Part shown: positions 43,294 through 52,642 of the stretch, piece by piece | Layout: each line of letters opens with the position of its first letter | Position numbering within the stretch: the stretch's first letter is position 1 | DNA from: Myxococcales bacterium | GTDB taxonomy: Bacteria; Myxococcota_A; Polyangia; Polyangiales; Polyangiaceae | Length of the DNA stretch: 64,000 nt | Reading direction: 5' to 3' | Assembly: GCA_043747615.1 (NCBI GenBank) | Contig: JAYTOU010000091.1 | Coordinates: forward strand, 32,001-96,000 | Made by a program: the position numbers and the translations under genes | Notes under the pieces: generated by a model | Told to the model about the DNA's origin: nothing | Databases searched by the model: none | What the model saw: only the letters and a program-made list of their open reading frames with translations

Positions 43294-44592
43294 ATGACGC
43301 TCCGTAACGTTTCTGTGGTCAGCATGATGTTCACCCTTGGACTCGCGGGCGCCTGTGGTGGCACCACCGTCGACGCGCCCGTTCAAGCGATCCCCGACCA
43401 GGACGCCGGGCCGGTCGCGCCCGTCATGGATTCCGCTCCGCCGGACGATCCGCTGAACCCCAGCTACCCCTCCGCGCACGCACCGATCCCGCTCGTCGAT
43501 TTCAACGGCGGCAACATCATGACCTCACCGAAGATCGTCACCATCACGTTCGACGGCGATCCGTTGCGGAGTCGGCTTGAGAGCTTTGGGGACATCATCA
43601 CCGCCACGCCGTGGTGGGATGCCGTCAGCGCCGGCTACTGCAACAAAGGCGGAAGCCCCTGCATCGGCCGTGGCACCGCGGGCGAGCACGTGCATCTGCC
43701 GGCGGGCGCGGTGACGTCGTACACCGACTCGTCGCAGGGAAAACCCTCGAGCATCCAAGATTTCATCAAGGCTCAAGTCGCCGCCGGAACGTTCCCCGCG
43801 CCCACGGTCAACACCCTCTACGCGATCTACTTCGCCGACGGCGTCACCATCGATCTCGATGGCTCGGGCAGCTGCCAGGCGTTCGGCGCCTACCACAACA
43901 CGCTCAGCCTCGCGGCGCCGACGGGCGGTGATGCTGGGGCCGACGCGGCAGCAGGAGCGAGCGTGGTCACCCCGTACGCCATCATGCCGCGCTGCTCGGC
44001 GAGAGAAGCGGAGGCGACGGTCTCCGCGAGCCATGAGTTCATCGAAGCGGCCACCGATCCGAACATCGGCGTCAGCGACATCGCTTACTACATGAACGAT
44101 CAGCTCTGGGCTTTTGCAGGCGGAGAAGTCGGCGACGTGTGCGTCGACTTTACCGGGCAGGGATCGGATCTCTACCAAGAGAGCGGCTACACGGTGCAGC
44201 GCTCTTGGTCGAACAAGGCCGCGAAGGCAAGCCATGACCCGTGCGTCCCGGCCATCCCGGGCGAGGCGTACTACAACGTCGCGCCCAACCCTGGAAGCGA
44301 GCAGATCAAGCTCACCACCGTTGGTCAAAGCAAGACCATCGTCCTCGACGCCTTCTCGGACGGACCCCTCTCTGACTGGACCGTCTCCGCCGTCGACTTT
44401 TCGAAATTTCAGGGCGGCCCGGGCTACCTGAGCTTCGCCTTCGACAAGACGAAGGCTCACAACGGCTCGCACATCAACCTGACGATCACGCTGAAAGCGA
44501 AGCCCCAATCCGGCTACGCGCAGTACGCCATCGTGTCCAAGTCGACCGGAAGGCAGACCCGCGACTGGCCGGCGGTGGTCCTCACGCAATAG
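43294..44592 (+). CDS. Lipoprotein with Phi-1/EXORDIUM-like HExxE domain
   Basis: LAGA-C lipobox; SCQAFGAYHN, ASHEFIEAATDP, GEVGDVC, YTVQRSWSN motifs; beta-rich C-terminus. Confidence 0.75.
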   Translation: MTLRNVSVVSMMFTLGLAGACGGTTVDAPVQAIPDQDAGPVAPVMDSAPPDDPLNPSYPSAHAPIPLVDFNGGNIMTSPKIVTITFDGDPLRSRLESFGDIITATPWWDAVSAGYCNKGGSPCIGRGTAGEHVHLPAGAVTSYTDSSQGKPSSIQDFIKAQVAAGTFPAPTVNTLYAIYFADGVTIDLDGSGSCQAFGAYHNTLSLAAPTGGDAGADAAAGASVVTPYAIMPRCSAREAEATVSASHEFIEAATDPNIGVSDIAYYMNDQLWAFAGGEVGDVCVDFTGQGSDLYQESGYTVQRSWSNKAAKASHDPCVPAIPGEAYYNVAPNPGSEQIKLTTVGQSKTIVLDAFSDGPLSDWTVSAVDFSKFQGGPGYLSFAFDKTKAHNGSHINLTITLKAKPQSGYAQYAIVSKSTGRQTRDWPAVVLTQ

Positions 44593-44646
44593 GTCTTGCT
44601 ATCCCGGGGGGGCCTCGGGCCTGCTAGTCTGCGCCTCCCCGGCAGC

Positions 44647-46701
44647 ATGGTTTCTCCTCTAGACACAGGCGCTCTCCGCGAGCCCGCCTCGTCGCCACAC
44701 GGCAGCCTCCGCGTCCTCTGTGATCACGGCGAGGAGTGCGGAGGGTGTCCGCTCATCGCCCTTCCGTACGGCGAACAGCTCACGCTGAAGCGCGGCCGCG
44801 TGGTGCAGTCGGTCGCGCGCTACGCGTCGCTCGAGCTCGTGTACTCAGAGCAGGTTGTCCCGGCAGAACCGGTTACCGAGTACCGCACGCGCGCCAAGCT
44901 GATCGTCGGATCTGGCAGTAAAATAGGCTTGTTCGGGAGCAGCGGCGGGCACCACGTTGTGGACATCCCGCGCTGCCGTGTGCTTTCGCCGGCGCTCATG
45001 AAGGTCGCGGGGATAGTGCGGGCGCGGCTGATAGTCGATGAGAAATCGGGAGGTCTGCTCGCCCCCTTCGACGGCAGCAGCGGCGGCATCCTGCGCGCGA
45101 TCGATCTCCGCGAGGTACGTGTGGGTGACGACACACCACCGGCGGTACTCTTGACACTAGTCGTGCAGCGTTCGGCGCTCGCCGTGCTCGACACCCTGCG
45201 CGCGGCCGGACGTGCGCTCATGAACGCCGAGCCATCCATCATCGGGGTGGCGGTGAATTTTCACGAAGGGGACGCCCCGCAAATCCTTGGGAGCGAGACC
45301 ACGATGCTGTGCGGAGTCGCGTCGGCTCCAGATCGGGTGGGAGCTTCGACGCACCTAGCGACGTTTGGATCGTTCGTTCAAGCGCATCGCGGACAGGCGA
45401 GGCGCGTGCATCGCATTCTTGCCGAAACTTTCACCGCCAAGACGCCGCTCCGCGTCCTCGATCTCTACGGAGGATCGGGGGCCATTTCTCTCGCCCTCGC
45501 CGAAGCAGGTGCGAGGGTCCACCTCGTCGAGTCGTTCGCTCCCGCTGTCGCTCATGCCAGGGCCGCGGCGGAGACGCAGCGCCTCTCCATCGAGACCGAG
45601 TGCGGAGACGTGGCAGGCACACTGCGCGCGTTCGTGCAGCGAAAAGAGCGCTTCGATGCGGCAGTGGTCAACCCTCCCCGCCGCGGGGTGAGCTCAACGG
45701 CGCGCGAGCTCTTGGCGCGCCTGGACCTGGCGACCATCGCCTACGTCTCCTGTGATCCAGACACGCTCGCGCGCGATCTCGATCATCTGTCGCGCCTCGG
45801 TTACGTGACGACCACCCTTCGGCCCCTGGACATGATCCCGCTCACCGAGGAGGTCGAGACCATCGCGATCTTGCGGCGCACGGCGATCTCGAGGCCGCGC
45901 ATCGCCTACGAGGACGAGGAGATACTGGTGATCGAAAAAGGACCGCACGAGCCGACCGTCACCCAGATCGAATACTTCGTGAGCTTGCTCGATCGCGTCA
46001 AGCGCATTCCTGGCGCCCAGGAGGCGGTGCCGATCCATCGGCTGGACGTGGGGACGAGCGGGCTCGTGGCCTTTGCGCGCTCACCGAAGTACGTTCCTTC
46101 GTGGACGGCGGCTCTTGCGTCGGCGACTGCCCGGAAGATCTTCGTGGTAGGCGTCCGCGGCGTGACTCCTACGAAGGGCACGATCACGCGAGAGCTTCGC
46201 GAAGACGGCGCTCCAGTCCCCGCGCGCACTCGTTACCGTCGCCTCGCGGTGACCAGCGGCCACAGCCTCCTGCGCGTGATCCCCGAGCAAGGACGCACGC
46301 ACCAGATCCGCCGGCATCTTGCTGCCGTCGGGCATCCCGTGCTCGGTGACGATCGCTACGGGCATCCTCCGACCAACCGTTTTTTCGAGGAGAAGCACGC
46401 CCTCGATCGCACCTTCCTCCACTGCGTGCGACTCGAGATCGACCATCCCACGAAGGGTGCTCGGCTCGTCGTCGAAGGACCGCTCCCGGGCGATCTACGC
46501 GCTGTCCTCGAGCGCACGAGCGGATCCGGCACCCTCCGTTTCCTCGATCACAAGAATGCGCTGGGGACGAGCGGCACATCGAGCATGCCGCCGGCTCCCG
46601 ACTCGGGGCACACGCGCGGAAGCGCCATCGAGGAAAACGCTGCGCCGAGCGTGCATGAAGAGCTCACCGCCGACGACGACGACCGCTCGAGTAATTTCTA
46701 G
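44647..46701 (+). CDS. Fusion: RlmC/RlmD (TrmA-family) RNA uracil-C5 methyltransferase plus RluA-family pseudouridine synthase
   Basis: CDHGEECGGC (4Fe-4S), YRTRAK, VLDLYGGSG, VNPPRRG, YVSCDPDTLARDL; then ILVIEKG, IHRLDVGTSG, GRTHQIRRH, GHPVLGDDRYG in one frame. Confidence 0.9.
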   Translation: MVSPLDTGALREPASSPHGSLRVLCDHGEECGGCPLIALPYGEQLTLKRGRVVQSVARYASLELVYSEQVVPAEPVTEYRTRAKLIVGSGSKIGLFGSSGGHHVVDIPRCRVLSPALMKVAGIVRARLIVDEKSGGLLAPFDGSSGGILRAIDLREVRVGDDTPPAVLLTLVVQRSALAVLDTLRAAGRALMNAEPSIIGVAVNFHEGDAPQILGSETTMLCGVASAPDRVGASTHLATFGSFVQAHRGQARRVHRILAETFTAKTPLRVLDLYGGSGAISLALAEAGARVHLVESFAPAVAHARAAAETQRLSIETECGDVAGTLRAFVQRKERFDAAVVNPPRRGVSSTARELLARLDLATIAYVSCDPDTLARDLDHLSRLGYVTTTLRPLDMIPLTEEVETIAILRRTAISRPRIAYEDEEILVIEKGPHEPTVTQIEYFVSLLDRVKRIPGAQEAVPIHRLDVGTSGLVAFARSPKYVPSWTAALASATARKIFVVGVRGVTPTKGTITRELREDGAPVPARTRYRRLAVTSGHSLLRVIPEQGRTHQIRRHLAAVGHPVLGDDRYGHPPTNRFFEEKHALDRTFLHCVRLEIDHPTKGARLVVEGPLPGDLRAVLERTSGSGTLRFLDHKNALGTSGTSSMPPAPDSGHTRGSAIEENAAPSVHEELTADDDDRSSNF

Positions 46702-46712
46702 GCGCCGACGGG

Positions 46713-47888
46713 CTAGCTGGTGACGCGCTCTCGGACGAGCCCGTAGGCCAGCTTCGTCTTCGTGCGCCAGGAGAGCTTTTCGCCTTTGTACCAGTGCGCA
46801 CCCGCCGCGCGCGCGGGCTCGGAACGAAGCAGGAGAGAGCGGTAGAGAGAGCCGTTCTTCCCGTAGACGCGCGGCGCGAGCCAGGCGCTCTGGAGGAGGT
46901 GTCGACCGAAGCGCGAGCCCATGACGTCGCGGGCGTAGCCGTCGAGGAAGCTCGAACCGAGGCGGAGCGCGCGGGCAAGATGACGAGAAGCGATCTCGCC
47001 GAAGAGGATGGCCTGGGCGATCCCTTCGCCGGTCGTGCGATCGATGCCTGCCGCTTCACCGACGAACGCGATGGCCTCGAGGGCGAGGATCGTCGACCGC
47101 ACGAAGGGGCGTGTGCTGAAGGGCTTGAGCTGCACATCGCCAATGGCGATTCCGCGGCGAGCGAGCGCTCGGGCGAGGACTTCTTTCACCCGACGCGAAG
47201 CCGTAATGTTCGCGTGATAGATGCCGCGGCTCACCGCCGGACGACCATCGATCACCGTCGGAAAATCCCAGTAGTAGCCTTCAAGGCCTTCCTCTACATC
47301 CGTGAGATCGAAATCGCACAGGCCGCTCGTTGGGCCGTGATCGCCTGAAAAATAGGGAGTTTCGGTGACGTAGAGGTGGCCCTTTCGCTCCGCCTCTCGA
47401 AGGTCGAGGAGCTTGCGCGTCGTGCTCCCCGCGCCGTCACACGCGGCGACGAGACGGGCAGTGAGGGTGCGCTTGGAGGTGACGAGGCGCCAGCCTCCGG
47501 AGATCTTCTCGAGGCCGACCAGCCCTTCGCGATCGCTCACCGCCACACCGTCGCGCTCGCACATTCGCCAGAGGCTCGCGTCGAACTCCGATCGTCGAAC
47601 GACCACCCCGAGGTCACTGCGATCGTACGCACCGGCTTCGCCCGAATCGAGGATCCGCAGACCGCGCATGCGAACGAACGGCACGTCGATCGGCACGCCG
47701 ATCCGGCCGAGGGCCTCGACTCCCCACGTGCTGACCGCGCCTGCGCAAGGCTTTTCCCGAGGGTGCGCGTACTTCTCGATCAGCGCGATGCGCGCGGCTC
47801 CGATGCGATCTCTGCGCGCCAAGTGAAGCGCGGTGCTCGTGCCCGCCGGCCCGCCCCCGACGATCGCTATGTCGACGTCGAAGCGCAT
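46713..47888 (-). CDS. FAD-dependent oxidoreductase, geranylgeranyl reductase-like
   Basis: IVGGGPAG, PREKPCAG, RSEFDASL, ACDGAGS, VGEAAG...TGEGI. Confidence 0.85.
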   Translation of the reverse strand: MRFDVDIAIVGGGPAGTSTALHLARRDRIGAARIALIEKYAHPREKPCAGAVSTWGVEALGRIGVPIDVPFVRMRGLRILDSGEAGAYDRSDLGVVVRRSEFDASLWRMCERDGVAVSDREGLVGLEKISGGWRLVTSKRTLTARLVAACDGAGSTTRKLLDLREAERKGHLYVTETPYFSGDHGPTSGLCDFDLTDVEEGLEGYYWDFPTVIDGRPAVSRGIYHANITASRRVKEVLARALARRGIAIGDVQLKPFSTRPFVRSTILALEAIAFVGEAAGIDRTTGEGIAQAILFGEIASRHLARALRLGSSFLDGYARDVMGSRFGRHLLQSAWLAPRVYGKNGSLYRSLLLRSEPARAAGAHWYKGEKLSWRTKTKLAYGLVRERVTS

Positions 47889-47894
47889 CTCGGC

Positions 47895-48134
47895 TCAGGG
47901 TGCGCGCATGGCGCCCAGCTCGGCGCAAAGGTCTTCGATCAACAGATCGAGGTCGTGCTCGCGCGAAGTTGGCGAAGCGAGGGTGAGATCGCCGCCGCGC
48001 TCGGCGAACACCTGGGCAATGCCTTCGGAGGCCTCGACGATGCCTTTGAGGAAGACCACGTCCTTCGCGCGCAGCATCACGCGCCTCGAGACCATGCCCT
48101 CACCGATGTACGTTTCCACGGGTACGCGGGCCAT
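47895..48134 (-). CDS. Small conserved protein, DUF4911-like
   Basis: KDVVFLKGIVEASEGIA motif; abuts neighbours on the same strand. Confidence 0.65.
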   Translation of the reverse strand: MARVPVETYIGEGMVSRRVMLRAKDVVFLKGIVEASEGIAQVFAERGGDLTLASPTSREHDLDLLIEDLCAELGAMRAP

Positions 48135-49253
48135 TCAACCGAGGGGATCGTCCAGCTCGCGGTCGGCCACGCGCTTCTCTTTTTTCTCGCGGAGCCGAAG
48201 CTGCACGTACTCGACGAGGCGCTCTACGTAGCTCTCGAACGGCGGGCACACGATGCCCGTTCCGGAGAGAATATCATCCGTATTTGCGGAGCTGTAGGAA
48301 ACGGGCGTCCCCAGCGCGTCGAGGAACGCGCGCGGGCTCTTGGCGAAGCGGTCGAGACCGGGAGTGCGCAGGAGAGCCTTCGTGAGGTTCGCAGGAATGA
48401 ATCCGCGCGGCACACGGCGTCCACCGGCGCGCGCGACCAGCTCGAAAATCCTTCGGGCGGTGAGGGGTGAAGGATCGACGAGATGAAAGGTACGCCCGGC
48501 GGAGCGTGGGTCTCGCCCGATGGCGTGGGCAGCACGTACCACGTAATCGATGGGCACGAGGTGAAGTGGCGAGTCCCCCCGGCCGGGGAGCGGGAGGGCA
48601 AACTCGGGAGGCGAGGTGACCATCACCATGATGAGGAGATACGGGCCGTCGAAGCGATCCACCTCACCGGTCTTCGAGTCCCCCACCACCATCGACGGGC
48701 GAACTACCGCGATCGGTATCTTCGTCATCGCGCTGCGCATCATCTTCTCAGCGCGCGCTTTCGTCTCCTCCACCACGTTGCGGAAATTTTGTCCGCGGTC
48801 GAGATCGTCCTCGCGAACGAGACCCGTGCGGTCCCCCGAGACGGACGCGGTGGAGTGAAATACCAGGCATTTGAGGCTCTGGCACGCTTCGGCAAGCTCC
48901 AGTATTTCCCGAGCGCCGTTCACGTTCATCTGCATCGCGGTCGCCTGATCGACGCCGGGATACGAGACCTGCGCGCAGTGGTGAATGCGCGTGACTTCGG
49001 CGGCGAGAGCGCGAAATTCTTTTCCCGAGAGACCAAGATCCATCGACGCGGCATCCCCGTCGATCAGGTTCACGCGCTGGCGCTGCTCGAGGGGCAAACC
49101 GTCGAGCGCCGCCACGGCATCTGCGGCGAACTTCGCGCGCACCACGGCGTGCACGAGGGTGCTGGGTGATCGCAGAAGCTCCTCGCACATCTTGCGCGCG
49201 CCGAACGAAGGATACCCCGTCAGCAGAACGACTTCTTCGTAGCGAGAGGCCAT
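48135..49253 (-). CDS. Extended SDR / thioester-reductase-like protein with degenerate active site
   Basis: Start ATG 49253; LLTGYPSF, IDGDAASMDLGL, IHHCA, NVNGA, HSTASVSG, VEETKARAE, VRPSMVVGDSKTG, LVPIDYV. Confidence 0.85.
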   Translation of the reverse strand: MASRYEEVVLLTGYPSFGARKMCEELLRSPSTLVHAVVRAKFAADAVAALDGLPLEQRQRVNLIDGDAASMDLGLSGKEFRALAAEVTRIHHCAQVSYPGVDQATAMQMNVNGAREILELAEACQSLKCLVFHSTASVSGDRTGLVREDDLDRGQNFRNVVEETKARAEKMMRSAMTKIPIAVVRPSMVVGDSKTGEVDRFDGPYLLIMVMVTSPPEFALPLPGRGDSPLHLVPIDYVVRAAHAIGRDPRSAGRTFHLVDPSPLTARRIFELVARAGGRRVPRGFIPANLTKALLRTPGLDRFAKSPRAFLDALGTPVSYSSANTDDILSGTGIVCPPFESYVERLVEYVQLRLREKKEKRVADRELDDPLG

Positions 49254-49255
49254 GA

Positions 49256-50800
49256 CTACAGGCAGTAGTGGCCGCCGACTCCCTGCAACCAGCGGCCGAA
49301 GTTGCCGCCGTAGTTGAAAGGATTGCAGAACGCGCCGGCCCCGGCCCCAAAGGACGTCGCGATGCAGCGAGAGGCGAGGAAGTCGGTGCTGCACTGGCCT
49401 TGGCGAACGCTGTTGTCGCATCCCTGGATCGCGCCGGCGTCGCACTGCGCGCAGCTCTTGTCCTGGCAGTCGATGGCGCATCCCGTGGACGTGTTGCACG
49501 TCGAGGTGACGAACGGCGCCACGCAGCTGAAGATGCCTTTCGCTTCTTGGAAGTTGTAATCGAAGGGCGTGAGGCACGCGGCACAGGTCGGGTTCGTCGA
49601 CCGCTCAAAAGAGTAGAATGCATCGCACGCCGCGGAGTGCGCTCCGGTCGCGCATGCTGCGCGCGCATCGGCGAGATCCGCTGCCGGGCACACGTGCTGA
49701 ATCGACGGCGCTACGGTGGAAACGCTCGCCCCCGGGCATCCTGGGTACGCCGCCGGACAGGTGCTCTGCATGTTCGCGCATACCCTCGGCGAGACGGCGA
49801 GATCGCAGGTCGATCCCGAGGCCGTGCAGTCCACGCAGGCTTGCGCGCCCGACCCGCAGCGCGCGCTCAAAAAGCCGCCGTGACAAACTTGCTGCGCGTC
49901 GCAGCATCCCTGCGCGCAATTGGCCGCGGTGCACGTGGGAGGGATCGGAACGCACGCTTGACCGGCGCACGTCGACGCCTTGGCGCCGCAATTTTCGCAC
50001 TGCTTGGCGCCCGTGCCGCAGGAATTCAGATCCGTCCCGGGCTGACACGTGTCTTGGAAGCAGCAGCCGCTTGGGCACGACGCTGGGTTGCAGAGCGCGG
50101 GCTGCGTCTGGCACTGACCGCCGACCATGCCCTGTGAGCTGCACATGTCCATGCTGGTCGTGCAGTCCTGGCACGCGTCGCCGTTCGCACCGCACGCGGT
50201 TTGATCTTGGCCAACGCGGCACTCATTTCCGCTGCAGCAACCGGGGCAGTTGCCGGGGCCGCATGCTGCAGTTTTGCAGACGCGGGTGCTCGGATCGCAG
50301 ACTCCGGGGCCGGCGAAGTCGGAGCACGTTGCGCACATATCGCCGCCCTTGCCGCACGCCTTCGGGGAGTCTCCTTGGAGGCAAATGTTTCTGCCCGGTC
50401 CCGTGCTCGCGCAGCAGCCGTCGGCGCAGCTCATCGCGTCGCAGACTTTCACTTCCCGCGCGCACGAGCGGCGCGAAGGGTCGCAGAAATCGAAACCTTC
50501 GTTGACGCAGTCGACGCATGCCAGTCCTTTGCCGCCGCACGACTGGACGAGCGTTCCGGTCTCGCACTTGCCCTTCGCGTCGCAGCAACCGTTCGGGCAC
50601 GTGGCCGCGTTGCATTCACCGGGGCCGGTGTCCGCCGCGTCGGGATTCCCGCCGTCACCGCCGTCCGGATGCGCGTCGACCCCTGCATCGGCGAGAAGGT
50701 CGTAACCGTCTAGGTTCGACCGGCCACAAGCAACGCCGATCATTGCAAGGAATGCGGCAAAGAAGGCGAGGCTAAGAAGGCGCTTGTAAGCGTGAAGCAT
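49256..50800 (-). CDS. Cys-rich repeat lipoprotein
   Basis: GVA-C lipobox, DAG linker, five ~50-aa repeats of 10 Cys each, Cys-rich C-terminal domain. Confidence 0.85.
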   Translation of the reverse strand: MLHAYKRLLSLAFFAAFLAMIGVACGRSNLDGYDLLADAGVDAHPDGGDGGNPDAADTGPGECNAATCPNGCCDAKGKCETGTLVQSCGGKGLACVDCVNEGFDFCDPSRRSCAREVKVCDAMSCADGCCASTGPGRNICLQGDSPKACGKGGDMCATCSDFAGPGVCDPSTRVCKTAACGPGNCPGCCSGNECRVGQDQTACGANGDACQDCTTSMDMCSSQGMVGGQCQTQPALCNPASCPSGCCFQDTCQPGTDLNSCGTGAKQCENCGAKASTCAGQACVPIPPTCTAANCAQGCCDAQQVCHGGFLSARCGSGAQACVDCTASGSTCDLAVSPRVCANMQSTCPAAYPGCPGASVSTVAPSIQHVCPAADLADARAACATGAHSAACDAFYSFERSTNPTCAACLTPFDYNFQEAKGIFSCVAPFVTSTCNTSTGCAIDCQDKSCAQCDAGAIQGCDNSVRQGQCSTDFLASRCIATSFGAGAGAFCNPFNYGGNFGRWLQGVGGHYCL

Positions 50801-50930
50801 GCGGCGAAGCGTAGCCGGTCCCTCTCGGCGAAACCACGTTTTACAGGTCGATATTGGCGTTTCGGTGAGCGGCGCGGCAGCGGTTCCGAGCGGTGGCGGC
50901 GGGGATCACGCGAAAAAGCGCGACCGCAAC

Positions 50931-52607
50931 TCAGAATCCGCCTGCGCGCTTCACTGCGGCGCGCGCGAGGAGATCGCTCACGTTCGCGTGCGCCCACAGA
51001 TTCGAGCCTCGCCGCCCCCATCCGAAGACGAGAGGCGCGGGGACGCCCGTTCGCTCGAGCGCGAGAGGCTGCGCAACGAGAGCGAAGGTGGTGTCGGCGT
51101 GGAGTGCGGTGACGGCCGCGGAAATGTAGGCGTCGTCGAGGAGCCTTTGTTTCGGGGCCACGCCGCTCACGAGCAGCGCCGTCGGATCGTCGGAAAGCGA
51201 GAGGCTCAGGTCCGCGCCCTTTGCGACCCACGCAAGGCCGGCCGTCACGCCGTGGCCCTTGGAGAAGGACGGAGTGGCGAGATCCACTTTGCCGAGGCCA
51301 GCGATCTCGCTCACGCCGAAGGTGATGCGCTCCACGTTGAGCAGCGTTTTCAACGGCTCCTTGAACGCGGGCATGGTGCCAAGCGCAACGCCCTCATGAA
51401 TGGCGCGGGTCGCGGCCTCGGGATCGACCGCGGTGGTCCGAAGAAAAATGCCCTTCGCTTTCCCCTGCACGAACCAGGCGGTGAGCTCGTCGCCTCGGCC
51501 CTTCGACCAGTCGGCGACCGCCGCGTGCACGCTCTTTCGATCCTGGGCACCGAGACGCTCGCCGAGCGCCTTGGTGAGAGCCTCTTCGAAATCGCCCGCA
51601 GTCGCTGCCCGCTCGACGGCCGCGCCGCGGGTTGAGATCGCGACGAGCGCGTCAGAGGGCGCCTCGAGCACCGAGCGCGCTTCGCCGGGATGCATCGAGG
51701 CGACGAGCTGCGCGGCCGGACCGTTACCGCCTTTTGGAACGAAGGTGAGCTCGGCGTTGACGTCCGCGTCGCCGACCTCGACGTCCGCCTTGACGCGCTC
51801 CAGATCGGCCATGAGCGCGATGTGTTTTTGCACGAAGCCGTCTAAGAGCGCGAGGATGGTCCGGGGGTCCGCGAAGTCGGGTGGGCGTCCACCGTGCTGT
51901 TCGCGCATCTTCGCGTCCTGCAGTTCCTTGTCGGCGCGAAACGCGGCCCAGTCGGCGAGGAGCTTCGTCTTCACCGGTCCTGCGAGGGCCGCGTGTGGGA
52001 TCTCCATCGTGGCCGAGCTCGTGGGGAGCGGATGCGTGGGCAGCGTTCGGTGCACGTACGGGCCGAGGCGCGCGAGGGCCGCCGCGTTTCCGGCGACGAC
52101 GAGATACCCGCCGCGCGCGATGGCGATGGCCGTCCGCAGCGTCGCTCCCCCCTTTGGAGAAAAGATGGTCATTCCTCCCTCGCTCTTCGCGGCGTAGCGC
52201 GCCCCGTTTCCGTCGACGAGCACCGTTTGAGCGCGACGCGGCTCGACCAGCTTCACCGCGAAGGCATACGCCACGTCGTCATGATCTTGCGCGAGCGCTC
52301 CGTACAAAGGCGACGCTCCGTCGATCTCCGGACCGAGGGACGGATCGATCCCCGCGACCGCGCAAATCAGCCCTCCGGTCGTGGTCGGCAAGAGCGCCGT
52401 CGCTCCTCCGATGCCGCGCTGAAGCTTGCTCCACGCCGCGTCCGGCACGGGGACCACCAGCTCGGCGAGGAGACCCTCGGGCGTGGGCAGCGGCGCTTCG
52501 GCAGCGAGCAATGCGCCGACGTTCTCACCGGGCGCCGCGTCCTTGCGACACGACGTGCATCCTCCAAACAAGAAGACGAGCGCAGCGGCGAGCGGGATAA
52601 GACGCAC
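50931..52607 (-). CDS. Hypothetical lipoprotein
   Basis: Signal MRLIPLAAALVFLFGG-C; 558 aa with strong GC3 bias; no motif recognised. Confidence 0.75.
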   Translation of the reverse strand: MRLIPLAAALVFLFGGCTSCRKDAAPGENVGALLAAEAPLPTPEGLLAELVVPVPDAAWSKLQRGIGGATALLPTTTGGLICAVAGIDPSLGPEIDGASPLYGALAQDHDDVAYAFAVKLVEPRRAQTVLVDGNGARYAAKSEGGMTIFSPKGGATLRTAIAIARGGYLVVAGNAAALARLGPYVHRTLPTHPLPTSSATMEIPHAALAGPVKTKLLADWAAFRADKELQDAKMREQHGGRPPDFADPRTILALLDGFVQKHIALMADLERVKADVEVGDADVNAELTFVPKGGNGPAAQLVASMHPGEARSVLEAPSDALVAISTRGAAVERAATAGDFEEALTKALGERLGAQDRKSVHAAVADWSKGRGDELTAWFVQGKAKGIFLRTTAVDPEAATRAIHEGVALGTMPAFKEPLKTLLNVERITFGVSEIAGLGKVDLATPSFSKGHGVTAGLAWVAKGADLSLSLSDDPTALLVSGVAPKQRLLDDAYISAAVTALHADTTFALVAQPLALERTGVPAPLVFGWGRRGSNLWAHANVSDLLARAAVKRAGGF

Positions 52608-52642
52608 GCGCGAAACGTACTACGGACTTGGCGACCGGGCGC

